Under the pieces are notes generated by a model. It made no database searches, was not told where the DNA came from, and worked only from the letters and a program-made list of their open reading frames with translations. From Vicinamibacterales bacterium (GTDB lineage Bacteria; Acidobacteriota; Vicinamibacteria; Vicinamibacterales; UBA8438), in the NCBI GenBank assembly GCA_965116845.1, contig OZ220728.1, positions 2,498,309 to 2,562,308 of the forward strand: DNA of 64,000 bases. The letters run 5' to 3'. The position numbers and the translations under genes were made by a program. This document shows positions 11,106 through 22,186 of this stretch, in pieces (position 1 is the first letter of the stretch; the number at the start of each line of letters is the position of its first letter).

Positions 11106-11693
11106 ATGATTCGTTCGATGCGACTGCGCCGTGCCCTCGTTGCGGTTGCTCTCGCCGGGTGTCTCGCCGCGGGCGGGTGCGCTCCGGTCGACGTGCAGTC
11201 CGCCCTGGACGTCACCCAGATCACGACCGGATGGCTGGACGTGGGGCTCGACGACCTCGGCCGCAACAAGCTTGTGCCGACCATCTCGTTCCGCCTCCAG
11301 AACGTGTCGGAAGCCAGGATGCGCACCCTGCAGTTGAACGGGGTCTTCCGCCGCTGCCTGGGAAGCGCGCCCGGCCAGGAGGCAGAAGAGTCCGAGGTGT
11401 CGCCCGCGGATCCGGAAGCGGGCACCTGCGCCGGCGAGGTGCAGGAATGGGGCAGCGCGCTCGTCCGCGCCGTCGGCCGGGACGGCGTCGAGCCGGGCGA
11501 CTCGGTCGGGCCGTTCACGATGGAGTCCCACCTCGGGTACACGGGCCAGCAGCCGCGCGACGAAATGCTGCGCCACCGGGACTTCGTCGACGTGAAGGTG
11601 GAGCTGTTCGTCAAGCACCGGGCCGAGCAGTGGGCGAAGCTCGGAGAATTTCCGATCGATCGGCAGCTCCTGACGCAAGCCGGCAGCTCCTGA
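11106..11693 (+). CDS. Hypothetical lipoprotein
   Basis: 195 aa with lipobox MRLRRALVAVALAGC. I recognise no domain. Confidence 0.55.
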   Translation: MIRSMRLRRALVAVALAGCLAAGGCAPVDVQSALDVTQITTGWLDVGLDDLGRNKLVPTISFRLQNVSEARMRTLQLNGVFRRCLGSAPGQEAEESEVSPADPEAGTCAGEVQEWGSALVRAVGRDGVEPGDSVGPFTMESHLGYTGQQPRDEMLRHRDFVDVKVELFVKHRAEQWAKLGEFPIDRQLLTQAGSS

Positions 11694-11720
11694 CGCGGGA
11701 TTCACGAACGGCCAGTCTGC

Positions 11721-13142
11721 GTGCCCGGTTCTTCCCGACCCCCTGCGGCCGCCGCCTCGCTCGCGCGACGCCTCGGTCCCTTCGACGGCGCCTCCATCAT
11801 CGTCTCCAACGTCATCGGCAGCGGGATCTTCCTGGTCCCCGTGCTCATCGCGGGGTGGGTGCCGAATGTCTGGGCGATGCTCGCCCTCTGGTTGACGGGC
11901 GGGCTGCTCGTGTTCGCGGGTGCGATGGCCTATGCCGAGCTCGCCGCGTTCCGGCCGCGTGCCGGCGCGGAGTACGTCTACCTCCGGGAGGCGTTCGGCC
12001 CCGCCGCCGGGTTCCTGACCGGCTGGACCTCCTTCGTGGCCGGCTTCTCGGGGGCGATCGCGCTCAACGCGGTCGGCCTCGCCGGCTACCTGGGGAGATT
12101 CGTGCCCGCGGCAGCGGACGCGACGCCGATCGTCCAGCTTCCCCTGGCAATCGTGACGCTGACGGTGTCGCCGCAGGCCCTCTTCGCGCTGGCGGTCATC
12201 GCCGGGCTCACCGCCGTCCACGTCGCGGGGCTCGGTCCGGGGCGCGTCGTCCAGAACCTGCTGGCCGCCGGCAAGGTGGCCATTCTCGTCGCCCTCGTTG
12301 CGTTCGGGTTCTCCGCCGGGGACGGCTCGACGACGAATCTCACGGCGTCGACCGGGTCGGTGACGCCATCGCTCTGGCTGCTGGGGCTCATCCCGGTGAT
12401 GTTCGCGTACTCGGGGTGGAATGCCGCCGCCTACGTCGCCGAGGAGGTGCGCGACCCGGGACGCAACCTCCCGCTCGCCACGGCGGCGGGAACCGTGACC
12501 GTCGTCGTCATCTACCTGCTGCTGAACGCCCTCTACGTCTACGCGATGCCGCTTGCCGAGGTCGCGACCGTGGATGTCCGGGTCGTCGACGCCGCCGCCG
12601 ACCGTCTCTTCGGAGCCGCCGTCGCCGCGCCGATGGCCGCCGCCTCGGTCGTGATGATCGCGGCGAGCATCAGCGCGATGGTGCTTGCCGGTCCCCGTGT
12701 GTACTACGCGATGGCCCGCGACGGGCAGTTCCTGGCGTCGGCGGCGCGCGTGCACCCCCGGTTCCGCACGCCCGTCACCGCCATCGTCGCGCAGAGCGTC
12801 TGGAGCGGCATCCTCGTCCTGGCCGGCACGTTCGAGCAACTGGTGGTCTACACGGGGTTCGCCGTCGTGCTCTTCGCAGGGCTGGCGGTCGCGGCGCTCT
12901 TCGTGCTGCGGCGGCGCCACCCCGACGCTGAGCGGCCGTTCCGCGCGTGGGGCTATCCCTACGCCCCGGCGGTGTTCGTGGCCGCCAGCCTGGCCATGAC
13001 GGTGAACGCGATATGGCGCGAGCCGGCCGCCTCGGGGGCGGGGCTGATCGTGATCGGGGCCGGCCTCCCGGTCTACCTCTGGTTCCGCCGCCGCAACCGG
13101 GCCGGCAAAGGGAACTCGGCGGCGCAGACAGACGGAGTGTGA
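11721..13142 (+). CDS. Amino acid/polyamine permease (APC superfamily)
   Basis: 473 aa and multi-spanning, with about 12 hydrophobic segments by eye. N-terminal APC signature [18 protein letters not shown] start is uncertain. Its stop overlaps the hslV start (ATGA). Confidence 0.85.
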   Translation: MPGSSRPPAAAASLARRLGPFDGASIIVSNVIGSGIFLVPVLIAGWVPNVWAMLALWLTGGLLVFAGAMAYAELAAFRPRAGAEYVYLREAFGPAAGFLTGWTSFVAGFSGAIALNAVGLAGYLGRFVPAAADATPIVQLPLAIVTLTVSPQALFALAVIAGLTAVHVAGLGPGRVVQNLLAAGKVAILVALVAFGFSAGDGSTTNLTASTGSVTPSLWLLGLIPVMFAYSGWNAAAYVAEEVRDPGRNLPLATAAGTVTVVVIYLLLNALYVYAMPLAEVATVDVRVVDAAADRLFGAAVAAPMAAASVVMIAASISAMVLAGPRVYYAMARDGQFLASAARVHPRFRTPVTAIVAQSVWSGILVLAGTFEQLVVYTGFAVVLFAGLAVAALFVLRRRHPDAERPFRAWGYPYAPAVFVAASLAMTVNAIWREPAASGAGLIVIGAGLPVYLWFRRRNRAGKGNSAAQTDGV

Positions 13143-13708
13143 TGCGGATGGACGACCTCTCTCCCCGCCCCGGTCGCCGGCGCGCTCGGAGCACCACCGT
13201 GCTCGCCGTCCGGCACGAGGGGCGCGCGGTGATGGCCAGCGACGGGCAGGTGACGCTGGGCGCCACAATCGTGAAGCAGCAGGCGCGCAAGATCCGGCGT
13301 CTCTACAAGGATCGCGTCCTGGCGGGCTTCGCCGGGTCGGCGGCCGACTCGTTCGCCCTCTTCTCGCGGTTCGAGGCGAAGATCGAGCAGCACCGGGGCC
13401 AACTGCATCGAGCGGTCGTCGAGATGGCCCGCGACTGGCGGACCGATCGCGTGCTCCGCCGCCTGGAGGCGATGCTGCTGGTGGTCGATGCTTCGGAGAC
13501 GTATCTCCTGTCGGGCACCGGAGATCTGATCGAGCCGGACGACGGCATCGTCGCCATCGGGTCCGGCGGGGCGTACGCCATGGCCGCCGCCAAGGCGCTC
13601 GCGCGGCATGCGGATCTCGACGCCCGGGCCATCGCCCGGGAGGCGATGGAGATCGCGGCCGGCATTTGCATTTACACGAATGCCAGTGTCACGATCGAAG
13701 AACTCTAG
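13142..13708 (+). CDS. hslV: ATP-dependent protease subunit HslV with N-terminal extension
   Basis: [23 protein letters not shown]...[11 protein letters not shown]...[14 protein letters not shown]...ICIYTN. The first in-frame start codons (ATG 13142 and 13148) lie 17 and 15 codons upstream of the catalytic Thr-Thr. Confidence 0.92.
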   Translation: MRMDDLSPRPGRRRARSTTVLAVRHEGRAVMASDGQVTLGATIVKQQARKIRRLYKDRVLAGFAGSAADSFALFSRFEAKIEQHRGQLHRAVVEMARDWRTDRVLRRLEAMLLVVDASETYLLSGTGDLIEPDDGIVAIGSGGAYAMAAAKALARHADLDARAIAREAMEIAAGICIYTNASVTIEEL

Positions 13709-13709
13709 G

Positions 13710-15107
13710 GTGCCCATCTACCTCCCCGCAACGACGGCGACCACCATCGATTCGCTGACGCCACGCCAGATCGTCGCCGAGCTCGATCGCTACGTGATCG
13801 GCCAGGCGCAGGCGAAGCGCGCAGTGGCCATCGCCCTGCGGAACCGCGTGCGCCGGCAGAAGCTGCCGCCGGATCTCGCCGAGGAGGTGGCGCCCAAGAA
13901 CATCCTGATGATCGGGCCGACCGGGGTGGGGAAGACGGAGATCGCGCGGCGGCTGGCCCGCCTCGCGCAGTCGCCGTTCATCAAGGTCGAGGCGTCGAAG
14001 TTCACGGAGGTCGGCTACGTCGGCCGCGACGTCGAGTCGATGGTGCGGGACCTCGTGCAGCTCGCGGTCGACATGGTCCGCGAGGAGCGGCGCGTGGAGG
14101 TCCGGGAGAAGGCGGCAGCCAACGCGGAGGAACGCCTCCTGGATCTGCTGCTGCCGCCGCCCCCGCCGGCCGTCCGTTCGGGCGCCGCGCCGGACCCGGA
14201 GGCGGCGCGCGGCGCGCGGGAGGCGGCGGCGCGCACCCGCGAGCGGTTTCGGGAGCAGCTCCGCAGCGGGGCGCTCGACGGGCGCGTCGTCGAGGTCGCA
14301 GTGCGGGAGAAGTCGATGCCGTCCTTCGAGATCATCGCCGGCTCCTCGATGGACGAGATCGACATCAACATGAAGGACATGCTGCCGGGCCTGTTCCAGG
14401 GCCGGAGCCGCAAGCGCCGGATGAAGGTGCCGGACGCGGCCGAGTACCTCGCGCAGGAGGAGGAGCAGAAGCTGGTCGACATGGAGAGCGTCAGCCGCGC
14501 GGCCGTGGAGCGCGTCCAGCAGGCGGGCATCATCTTCGTCGACGAAATCGACAAGATCGCGGGACGGGAAGGGGGGCACGGGCCGGACGTCAGTCGCGAG
14601 GGGGTGCAGCGCGACATCCTGCCGATCGTCGAGGGCACCAGCGTGAACACGAAGCACGGAATGGTGCGCACCGACCACATCCTGTTCGTCGCGGCCGGCG
14701 CCTTCCACCTGGCCAAGCCGTCGGATCTCATCCCCGAGATCCAGGGGCGCTTCCCGATCCGGGTCGAGCTCGAGCCGCTCGAGACGGCCGACTTCGTGCG
14801 CATCCTGACGGAGCCGCGCGGTGCCCTGGTGACGCAGTACACGGCGCTGCTCGCCACCGAGGGGCTCGACCTGCACCTGACGGACGATGCCGTGCACCGC
14901 ATCGCCGAGTTCGCCTCGACGGTCAACGAGCGCAGCGAGAACATCGGGGCCCGGCGGCTGCACACGGTGATGGAGAGGCTGCTCGACGAGGTCTCCTTCG
15001 AGGCGCCGGACATGCTCGACAAGCGCGTGGTGATCGACGCCGCCTACGTCGACCGGATGCTCGCCGACATCGTCAGGAACGAAGACCTCTCGCGCTACGT
15101 CCTGTGA
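13710..15107 (+). CDS. hslU: ATP-dependent protease ATPase subunit HslU
   Basis: GTG at 13710, 2 nt after the hslV stop. [31 protein letters not shown], Walker [16 protein letters not shown], Walker [12 protein letters not shown]. Confidence 0.95.
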   Translation: MPIYLPATTATTIDSLTPRQIVAELDRYVIGQAQAKRAVAIALRNRVRRQKLPPDLAEEVAPKNILMIGPTGVGKTEIARRLARLAQSPFIKVEASKFTEVGYVGRDVESMVRDLVQLAVDMVREERRVEVREKAAANAEERLLDLLLPPPPPAVRSGAAPDPEAARGAREAAARTRERFREQLRSGALDGRVVEVAVREKSMPSFEIIAGSSMDEIDINMKDMLPGLFQGRSRKRRMKVPDAAEYLAQEEEQKLVDMESVSRAAVERVQQAGIIFVDEIDKIAGREGGHGPDVSREGVQRDILPIVEGTSVNTKHGMVRTDHILFVAAGAFHLAKPSDLIPEIQGRFPIRVELEPLETADFVRILTEPRGALVTQYTALLATEGLDLHLTDDAVHRIAEFASTVNERSENIGARRLHTVMERLLDEVSFEAPDMLDKRVVIDAAYVDRMLADIVRNEDLSRYVL

Positions 15108-16498
15108 CCCGCCCGCTCCCCCCCGGCCGTGCCGTCGCCGCCTGGCTGCTCGGCGCCGCGGTGGCGGGGTGCGGGGCGAAGGGGCCGCCTCTCGCCCCGC
15201 TGATTATCGCGCCGGAGCGCGTCGCTCCGCTGGAGGTGTCGCGTCTCCACGACGTCGTCTACGTCGAGTTCGAGGTGCCGTCGTCGAACACGACCGGCGA
15301 CGTGCCCGCCGACATCGTCCGCGTCGAGGTCTACGCCCTCACCACCCAGCCCGCCGAGGGCGAGGAGGAGGAGTTCAGCGAGGACTGGCTGGAGGCTGCG
15401 ACGCTCATCGACTCCATTCCGGTCCTGCCGCCGCTGCCGCCCGGCATGGAGGAGGCGGCGGAGGCCGCGGGCCTCGGGCCGGCCGGGGAAAACCGGCTGG
15501 CCGGGGAGGGCGGGCCGGCCGGGGAGAACCGGCGGGCTCCTGCGCGCCAGGGTGACGAGATCACGGTCGTCGAGCGGCTCGGAGCGGAGGCGTTCGTGCC
15601 GGTGACGGTCGGCGAGCGGGACGAAGAGGACGAGGACGAGGACGACGACGAGGAGCCGGAGCAGGAGGCGCGCCCGATGGCGTTGCCCGAGTGGCCGCCT
15701 CCGTTCCCACCCCCGGTCATCCGCACCTACGTCGCGTTCGGCGTCTCGTCGCGGGACCGGGAGGGACGGCCGTCCAGCATGGAGTCGATCCCGCTGGTCG
15801 ATCCGCCGGGGCCGCCCGCCGCCCCCGCCGTCGAGTACGCCGAATCGAGCGTTCGCGTCACTTGGGAGGCACCGGACACGCTGCGGCTGCCGGTGCAGGA
15901 CCCCAGCTACGCGATCAGCGACGATCCGGAATCCGAGAACACCGGGCCGCCGCTTACGTCGACGCCGATCCTCGAGTGGGGAGAGCCGTCGCGCTACGTC
16001 GTGTACGACGTCGCGGGACTCGGCACGGAGCCGCCTCCGGCGCGGCCCGAACGGCTCGGCGCTCCGGGTCGCACGGAGTCCTACGTCGACTCGGACGTCG
16101 TCTTCGGCGAGACGCGCTGCTACGCCGTCCGCGTGCTCGATGCGGTGGGCGAGCTCGAGATCGAGGGCCCGGAGTCGCTGGCAAGCTGCGTCGTGCTGAC
16201 CGATACGTTCCCCCCGGGGGCGCCGACCGGCCTGGTCGCCGTCGCCGACGACGGCGCCGTCAACCTCGTGTGGGACGCCAACAACGAGCCCGATCTCGCC
16301 GGCTACCTGGTCTTGCGCGCGAGCGCGCCAGATGCGACACTCCAACCGCTCACGCCCGAGCCGGTCGAGCGGACCCGGTATCGGGACGCCGGCGTCGAGC
16401 AGGGCCAGCGCTACCGGTACGCGGTGCAGGCGGTCGATTCCGCCGTGCCGCCGAATCTGAGCCCGCCGTCGGAGCCCATCGCCGAAACGGCACGTTGA
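15104..16498 (+). CDS. Acidic lipoprotein with fibronectin type III-like domain(s)
   Basis: 464 aa with lipobox AAVAGCG. GTG start overlaps the hslU stop (GTGA). Contains an acidic run [15 protein letters not shown] and an internal duplication [22 protein letters not shown]-terminal FN3-like segment: [20 protein letters not shown]...YRYAVQAVD. Confidence 0.7.
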   Translation: MTRPLPPGRAVAAWLLGAAVAGCGAKGPPLAPLIIAPERVAPLEVSRLHDVVYVEFEVPSSNTTGDVPADIVRVEVYALTTQPAEGEEEEFSEDWLEAATLIDSIPVLPPLPPGMEEAAEAAGLGPAGENRLAGEGGPAGENRRAPARQGDEITVVERLGAEAFVPVTVGERDEEDEDEDDDEEPEQEARPMALPEWPPPFPPPVIRTYVAFGVSSRDREGRPSSMESIPLVDPPGPPAAPAVEYAESSVRVTWEAPDTLRLPVQDPSYAISDDPESENTGPPLTSTPILEWGEPSRYVVYDVAGLGTEPPPARPERLGAPGRTESYVDSDVVFGETRCYAVRVLDAVGELEIEGPESLASCVVLTDTFPPGAPTGLVAVADDGAVNLVWDANNEPDLAGYLVLRASAPDATLQPLTPEPVERTRYRDAGVEQGQRYRYAVQAVDSAVPPNLSPPSEPIAETAR

Positions 16499-16505
16499 CG
16501 CACTC

Positions 16506-17264
16506 ATGGACCTTCTGTATCGCATCGACGACGGTGGCTCGCCCCGCTACGCCCTGCAACGGGACGGCGAATGGCAGGCCCTCGAAGGGGATCCGTACGG
16601 CGCCTACCGCGCGGGCGGGCGGATCGACCGGGGGGCGGGCCGCGTCCTCGCCCCGGTTCAGCCGACCAAGATCGTGGCGGTGGGCCTCAACTACCGGGAC
16701 CACGCCCGCGAGATGGGGAAGCCGTTGCCGGACGAGCCGCTCATCTTCCTGAAGCCGCCGAGCGCCGTAATTGCGCCGGGGGCGCCCATCGTCGTCCCCC
16801 CCGGCGTGGGGCGCGTGGACTACGAGGCGGAGCTCGCGATCGTCATCGGCCGCACCGCCCGACAGGTGCCGGCGGCGCGGGCGCGGGAGCACGTGCTGGG
16901 GCTGACCTGCCTGAACGACGTGACCGCGCGCGAGCTGCAGGCGCGCGACGTGCAGTACACGCGCGCGAAGGGCTTCGACACCTTCGCGCCGCTCGGTCCG
17001 GCCGTCGCGGTGGGGCTCGACGGGCACGCCCTCGACGTCGAGTCGTTCGTCAACGGCGAGCGCCGGCAGGCGTCGAACACCCGCGAGCTGATCTTCCCCC
17101 TCGACCGGCTGGTCGAGTTCGTCTCCGGCGTGATGACGCTCCATCCGGGCGACGTCATCGCCACCGGCACCCCGTCCGGCGTCGGCCCGCTCGCGCCCGG
17201 CGACCGGGTGACGGTGCGCATCGAGGGGATCGGCGAGCTCACCAACGAGGTCGTGGCGGGCTGA
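16506..17264 (+). CDS. Fumarylacetoacetate hydrolase (FAH) family protein
   Basis: 252 aa. KIVAVGLNYRDHAREMG, VDYEAELAIVIG, LNDVTARELQ, GDVIATGTPSGVG. Confidence 0.9.
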   Translation: MDLLYRIDDGGSPRYALQRDGEWQALEGDPYGAYRAGGRIDRGAGRVLAPVQPTKIVAVGLNYRDHAREMGKPLPDEPLIFLKPPSAVIAPGAPIVVPPGVGRVDYEAELAIVIGRTARQVPAARAREHVLGLTCLNDVTARELQARDVQYTRAKGFDTFAPLGPAVAVGLDGHALDVESFVNGERRQASNTRELIFPLDRLVEFVSGVMTLHPGDVIATGTPSGVGPLAPGDRVTVRIEGIGELTNEVVAG

Positions 17265-17289
17265 ACGGCCCGGTTCCCGGGAGACCGCG

Positions 17290-17943
17290 ATGAAGCTCTT
17301 CGTCGACTCGGCCAGCGTCGAAGCGATCGAGGCGCTGATGCCGCTTCGGATCGTCGACGGCGTCACTACGAACCCTTCGCTCCTGGGGCGCGAGGCCGGG
17401 GATCCGCACGACACGCTGCGGCGGATCTGCCGCGTCGTCGGCGGGCCCGTGAGCGCCGAGGTGGTGGCCACCGACGTCGATGGCATGCTCGAGGAGGGAC
17501 GCCGCCTGGCCGACCTCGACGAGCACATCGTGGTCAAGGTGCCGTTCGGGAAGGCCGGCGTCGCCGCCTGCGCCGCCCTGGCCGCCGATGGCATCCGGGT
17601 GAACGTGACGCTGGTCTTCTCGGCCTCGCAGGCGCTGCTCGCGGCCAAGGTGGGGGCCACGTTCGTCAGCCCGTTCGTCGGCCGTCTCGACGACCTCGCG
17701 ACGGCAGGCATGGACCTCATCGGCCAGATCGTCGAGATCTACGAGAACTACGACTTCACGACTTCGGTGCTCGTGGCAAGCGTGCGGGGGCCGCTGCACG
17801 TCGTCGAGGCGGCGCGGCTCGGCGCCGATGCCTGCACCTGCCCTCCGAAGGTGATCGACGCGCTCTTCGGACACCCGCTCACCGACATCGGCCTCGAGCG
17901 CTTCCTGGCCGACTGGAACAAGACCCGCGGCGGAGGGGCCTGA
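17290..17943 (+). CDS. tal: Transaldolase / fructose-6-phosphate aldolase family (short form)
   Basis: 217 aa. [14 protein letters not shown]...[10 protein letters not shown], Schiff-base Lys context [37 protein letters not shown]. Confidence 0.9.
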   Translation: MKLFVDSASVEAIEALMPLRIVDGVTTNPSLLGREAGDPHDTLRRICRVVGGPVSAEVVATDVDGMLEEGRRLADLDEHIVVKVPFGKAGVAACAALAADGIRVNVTLVFSASQALLAAKVGATFVSPFVGRLDDLATAGMDLIGQIVEIYENYDFTTSVLVASVRGPLHVVEAARLGADACTCPPKVIDALFGHPLTDIGLERFLADWNKTRGGGA

Positions 17944-17950
17944 CACGCGC

Positions 17951-19492
17951 ATGGACAAACGGGCGATTCTGGCGGACTACGAGCGGCAGGCGGAGCTCGG
18001 CGGCGGCGAGGCGCGGCGGCAGCGGCAGCACGACGCGGGCAAGCTGACCGCGCGCGAGCGCATCGATCTCTTCTTCGATCCCGGCACGTTCCGCGAGACC
18101 GACAAGCTGGTCACCCACCGCTGCCGCGACTTCGGGATGGAGTCGCAACTCGTGCCGGGCGATGGGGTGGTCGCCGGGCACGGCGAGATAGACGGCCGCC
18201 AGGTCTACGCCTTCGCGCAGGACTTCACCGTCTTCGGCGGTTCGCTGTCGGAGACGAACGCCGCCAAGATCGTCAAGGTCATGGACCTCGCGGTCCGCAA
18301 CGGCGCCCCCATCGTGGGGCTCAACGACTCGGGCGGCGCCCGAATTCAGGAGGGGGTCGCCTCGCTTGCCGGCTACGCCGACATCTTCCTCCGCAACACC
18401 CTGGCGTCCGGCGTGGTGCCGCAGCTCTCCGCCATCATGGGGCCGTGCGCCGGAGGCGCCGTCTACTCGCCGGCCATCACCGACTTCACGGTGATGGTGG
18501 AGCGCACGAGCTACATGTTCGTCACGGGGCCGGACGTCATCCGGACCGTCACCCACGAGACGGTCTCCAAGGAGGACCTCGGCGGCGCCATGACGCACAA
18601 CGCGAAGAGCGGCGTCGCCCACTTCGCGGTGGGCAGCGACCAGGACTGCCTGGCGCTGCTGCGCGCCCTGCTCGGCTACCTCCCCTCCAACAACCTCGAC
18701 GACCCGCCCCTGACGGAGACGGCCGACCCGATCGATCGGGAGGACGCCGCGCTCGACGCGCTGGTGCCGGAGCTGCCGAACCAGCCCTACGACATTCTCG
18801 ACCTCATCCGCTCGGTCGCCGACGACGGCGCCTTCCTGGAGGTCCACCGCCACTACGCGCGGAACATCGTGGTCGGTTTCGCGCGTCTCGGGGGCCAGCC
18901 GGTCGGCATCGTCGCCAACCAGCCCGCGCACCTGGCCGGCGTGCTCGACATCGACGCGTCGGTGAAGGGGGCGCGCTTCGTTCGCTTCTGCGACGCCTTC
19001 AACATTCCGCTCGTCACCCTGGAGGACGTCCCGGGCTTCCTGCCCGGTACGCAGCAGGAGTACGGCGGCATCATCCGGCACGGGGCCAAGCTGTTGTTCG
19101 CCTTCGCCGAGGCGACCGTGCCCAAGCTCACGGTCGTCACCCGCAAGGCCTACGGCGGCGCCTACTGCGTGATGGCGAGCAAGCACATCCGCACCGACGT
19201 CAACTTCGCCTGGCCGACGGCCGAGATCGCCGTCATGGGTCCCGAGGGCGCCGTCAACATCCTGTACAAGCGGGAGCTCGACGCCGCCGGCGACCCGGAC
19301 GCCCTCCGCAAGGCGCGCGTGGAGGAGTTCCGCAACAAGCTGGCCAACCCCTTCGTCGCAGCCGGCCGCGGCTTCCTGGACGAAGTGATCGCTCCGCGCA
19401 CGACCCGCCGCCGCCTCATCCAGGCCCTGCGCAGCCTGGACGGGAAGCGCGACCGGAACCCCCCCAAGAAGCACGGGAACATCCCCCTGTAG
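17951..19492 (+). CDS. Acyl-CoA (propionyl/methylmalonyl-type) carboxylase carboxyltransferase subunit
   Basis: 513 aa. [52 protein letters not shown]-like [13 protein letters not shown]. Confidence 0.93.
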   Translation: MDKRAILADYERQAELGGGEARRQRQHDAGKLTARERIDLFFDPGTFRETDKLVTHRCRDFGMESQLVPGDGVVAGHGEIDGRQVYAFAQDFTVFGGSLSETNAAKIVKVMDLAVRNGAPIVGLNDSGGARIQEGVASLAGYADIFLRNTLASGVVPQLSAIMGPCAGGAVYSPAITDFTVMVERTSYMFVTGPDVIRTVTHETVSKEDLGGAMTHNAKSGVAHFAVGSDQDCLALLRALLGYLPSNNLDDPPLTETADPIDREDAALDALVPELPNQPYDILDLIRSVADDGAFLEVHRHYARNIVVGFARLGGQPVGIVANQPAHLAGVLDIDASVKGARFVRFCDAFNIPLVTLEDVPGFLPGTQQEYGGIIRHGAKLLFAFAEATVPKLTVVTRKAYGGAYCVMASKHIRTDVNFAWPTAEIAVMGPEGAVNILYKRELDAAGDPDALRKARVEEFRNKLANPFVAAGRGFLDEVIAPRTTRRRLIQALRSLDGKRDRNPPKKHGNIPL

Positions 19493-19507
19493 GCGGGATG
19501 CGGCGGG

Positions 19508-22186
19508 ATGAGCGTCGGTCTGACGCCGGCCGGGCATCTCTGCTGGGCGCCGGGTGACGGCGAATCCCTGCCACCCGGTCTCGCGCGGCTGCAGCCCGCG
19601 TTCGACTCCGACTGGCGCGAGGCGCTCTTCACGCTGGCGGCGGAGCGGATCGACACGGACGGCGCGCCCGCGGCACGCTTCTGGCAGCGGATCGGCGAGC
19701 AGTACCTCGCGGCGTTGTGCCAACTGCCCGCGCAGGAGACGCGCTTAGAGGTCGAGCCGCCGGCGCCGGCCGACTGCGCCGGGTGGATCCTGGCCGGGCC
19801 GCCGATGCGCGGGGGCGAGTACCTCTCCGAGGACACCCTCCGAGGCGTCTGGGCGGGCCTGAACGCGTGGGTGAGCGAGGCGGCGGCCGCCGGCGGGCTG
19901 GCCGCGTTCCTGCGGGCGCGGGCCCCGAGCTGGCACCAGGTGGGGCGGGTCTGTTTCCACCTGGCCGAGAACCCGAACGAAGAGGAGCGGCCGTTCGCGT
20001 TCCTGGCGACATACGCGTCCGGCTTCGGCGCAAGCGGGCGCGTGAAGCACCTGCCGCTCCGGAGGGCGCTGGCGCAGTATGCCGGCGCGAAGAACCGGGC
20101 GGCGCTCGTCAAGTTGTTGACGCCGATCCAGCAGGCGGCCGAGACGTGCGACTGGGTGCGGGCGCTGGTCGATTCCGGCGACGTCTACCAGCCGCTCGCG
20201 TGGACGCCGGAGCGCGCCTATCGACTACTGCGCAGCGTGCCGGCGCTCGAGGCGGCCGGCCTGACCGTGCGCCTGCCGAACTGGTGGCGCAAGCGGCCGC
20301 GTCCGCGGGTCAGCGTGACGATCGGGGGGAAGACGCCCTCGATGGTCGGCGCAGACGCCGTGCTCGACTTCGACGTGCGCGTCGCCCTGGGCGGCGAGAG
20401 GCTGTCGCGCGCGGATGTCGAGGGGCTGCTCGCCGGCGACGGCGACCTGGTGCTGCTCAAGGGCCAGTGGGTCGAGGTGGACCGCGACCGGCTGCGGCAG
20501 GCGATCGATCACTGGGAGGCCGTGCGGGAGCACGCCGGCGACGACGGGATCTCGTTCATCGAGGGGATGCGCCTGCTCGCCGGCGCGTCGGCAGATCTCC
20601 GGCACGAGGACGAGGCGGAGGTCGAGCGCCCCTGGGTGCACGTCGATGCCGGCGACGGGATGCGCGGGCTGCTGGCGGGCATGCGCCAGCCGGGCGCGCT
20701 GGATCCGGTGGCGGTCGGCGGGGCGCTGCGGGCGACGCTGCGGCCGTATCAGCGCGATGGGGTGGCATGGCTGCGGCTGCTGACCGGCCTGGGCCTCGGC
20801 GCCTGCCTCGCCGACGACATGGGGCTCGGCAAGACCGTCCAGGTGCTGGCGCTGCTGTGCGGCCGGGGCGGGGACCCGCGGCCGGGACCGTCGCTGCTGG
20901 TCATTCCGTCGTCCCTGCTCGGGAACTGGCGCCGCGAGGCGGAGCGCTTCGCGCCGTCGCTGGCGTTGCGGTTCCTGCACCCGGCCGAGGCGGACCGCGG
21001 GACGCTGGCGGACATCGCGGCGGCGCCGGCGCGGCACTTGGCCGGCGTCGATCTGGCGGTGACGACCTATGCCATGGTGCACCGGCAGCCGTGGCTCGCC
21101 GAGGTCGAGTGGAGGCTCGTCGTCCTGGACGAGGCGCAAGCCGTCAAGAACCCGGCCACGCGCCAGAGCCGGGCGGTGCGCGCGCTGCCGGCCCGCGCCC
21201 GCATCGCGCTGACCGGCACGCCCATCGAGAATCGCCTGGGCGATCTGTGGGCGCTGTTCGACTTCCTGAATCCGGGCCTGCTCGGCTCCCGCCGCGTGTT
21301 CCAGTCGTTCGTGAAGGAGCTGCAGTCGCGAGAAGACGAGCCGTTCGCGCCCCTCCGGCGGCTGGTCGCCCCCTACATCCTGCGGCGCCTGAAGACGGAC
21401 CGGAGCATCATCGACGACCTGCCCGAAAAGACCGAGACGACCCGCGACTGCCACCTGACGCGCAAGCAGGCCGGACTCTACCAGCGGGTGGTGCGGACGA
21501 TGCAGCGCGACCTCGAACGCAGCGAAGGGATCGAGCGCCGCGGCGTCGTGCTGCGCTCGCTCCTGCGGCTCAAGCAGGCGTGCAACCACCCCAGCCAGCT
21601 CTCGGGCGACGGGGACTACCGGCCCGCCGACAGCGGAAAGTTCGTGCGCGTGGCCGAGATCTGCGAGGAGCTGGCCGACCGCCAGGAGCGGGCGCTCGTC
21701 TTCACCCAGTTCCGGGAGATCATCGATCCGCTGTCCGAGCACCTGGCCGCGGTCTTCGGCCGGCCCGGCCTGGTGCTGCACGGGGCGACCGGCGTCCGGC
21801 GGCGGCAGGAACTCGTGGACCGCTTCCAGCAGGACGACGGGCCGCCGTTCTTCGTCCTGTCGCTCAAGGCGGGCGGCACGGGGCTGAACCTGACCGGGGC
21901 GTCCCACGTCATCCACTTCGACCGCTGGTGGAACCCGGCGGTGGAGAGCCAGGCCACCGACCGGGCCTTCCGCATCGGCCAGCGGCGCAACGTGCTCGTG
22001 CACCGCTTCGTCACGCGGGGGACCATCGAGGAGCGCATCGACCGCATGATTGCCGACAAGCGGCAGTTGGCGGATGATCTCCTCGACGGAGGCGGCGAGG
22101 TCAACCTCACGGAGCTGGCGGACGACGAGCTGATCGACCTGGTCCGCCTCGACGTCACGCGGGCGAGTCCAACCCTTCAGGGTTGA
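19508..22186 (+). CDS. SNF2-family helicase/ATPase with bacterial SNF2-associated N-terminal domain
   Basis: 892 aa. LRPYQRDGVAWL, motif I LADDMGLGKT, motif II VVLDEAQAVKN, LTGTPIENR, helicase-C LSLKAGGTGLNLTGASHVIHFDRWWNPAVESQATDRAFRIGQ. A roughly 400-aa N-terminal domain is typical of bacterial SNF2 proteins. Confidence 0.9.
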   Translation: MSVGLTPAGHLCWAPGDGESLPPGLARLQPAFDSDWREALFTLAAERIDTDGAPAARFWQRIGEQYLAALCQLPAQETRLEVEPPAPADCAGWILAGPPMRGGEYLSEDTLRGVWAGLNAWVSEAAAAGGLAAFLRARAPSWHQVGRVCFHLAENPNEEERPFAFLATYASGFGASGRVKHLPLRRALAQYAGAKNRAALVKLLTPIQQAAETCDWVRALVDSGDVYQPLAWTPERAYRLLRSVPALEAAGLTVRLPNWWRKRPRPRVSVTIGGKTPSMVGADAVLDFDVRVALGGERLSRADVEGLLAGDGDLVLLKGQWVEVDRDRLRQAIDHWEAVREHAGDDGISFIEGMRLLAGASADLRHEDEAEVERPWVHVDAGDGMRGLLAGMRQPGALDPVAVGGALRATLRPYQRDGVAWLRLLTGLGLGACLADDMGLGKTVQVLALLCGRGGDPRPGPSLLVIPSSLLGNWRREAERFAPSLALRFLHPAEADRGTLADIAAAPARHLAGVDLAVTTYAMVHRQPWLAEVEWRLVVLDEAQAVKNPATRQSRAVRALPARARIALTGTPIENRLGDLWALFDFLNPGLLGSRRVFQSFVKELQSREDEPFAPLRRLVAPYILRRLKTDRSIIDDLPEKTETTRDCHLTRKQAGLYQRVVRTMQRDLERSEGIERRGVVLRSLLRLKQACNHPSQLSGDGDYRPADSGKFVRVAEICEELADRQERALVFTQFREIIDPLSEHLAAVFGRPGLVLHGATGVRRRQELVDRFQQDDGPPFFVLSLKAGGTGLNLTGASHVIHFDRWWNPAVESQATDRAFRIGQRRNVLVHRFVTRGTIEERIDRMIADKRQLADDLLDGGGEVNLTELADDELIDLVRLDVTRASPTLQG

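Noticed and set aside
8414-11614. Very long ORFs antisense to or out of frame with real genes, for example 8414-11614, 11040-13268, 25580-28627, 34397-37840, 42143-44740, 6043-8787 and 1142-3583.
   Set aside because: They are Arg/Pro/Gly/Ala-rich with no recognisable motifs. They overlap genes that have clear family signatures. This is the expected stop-codon depletion of very GC-rich DNA.
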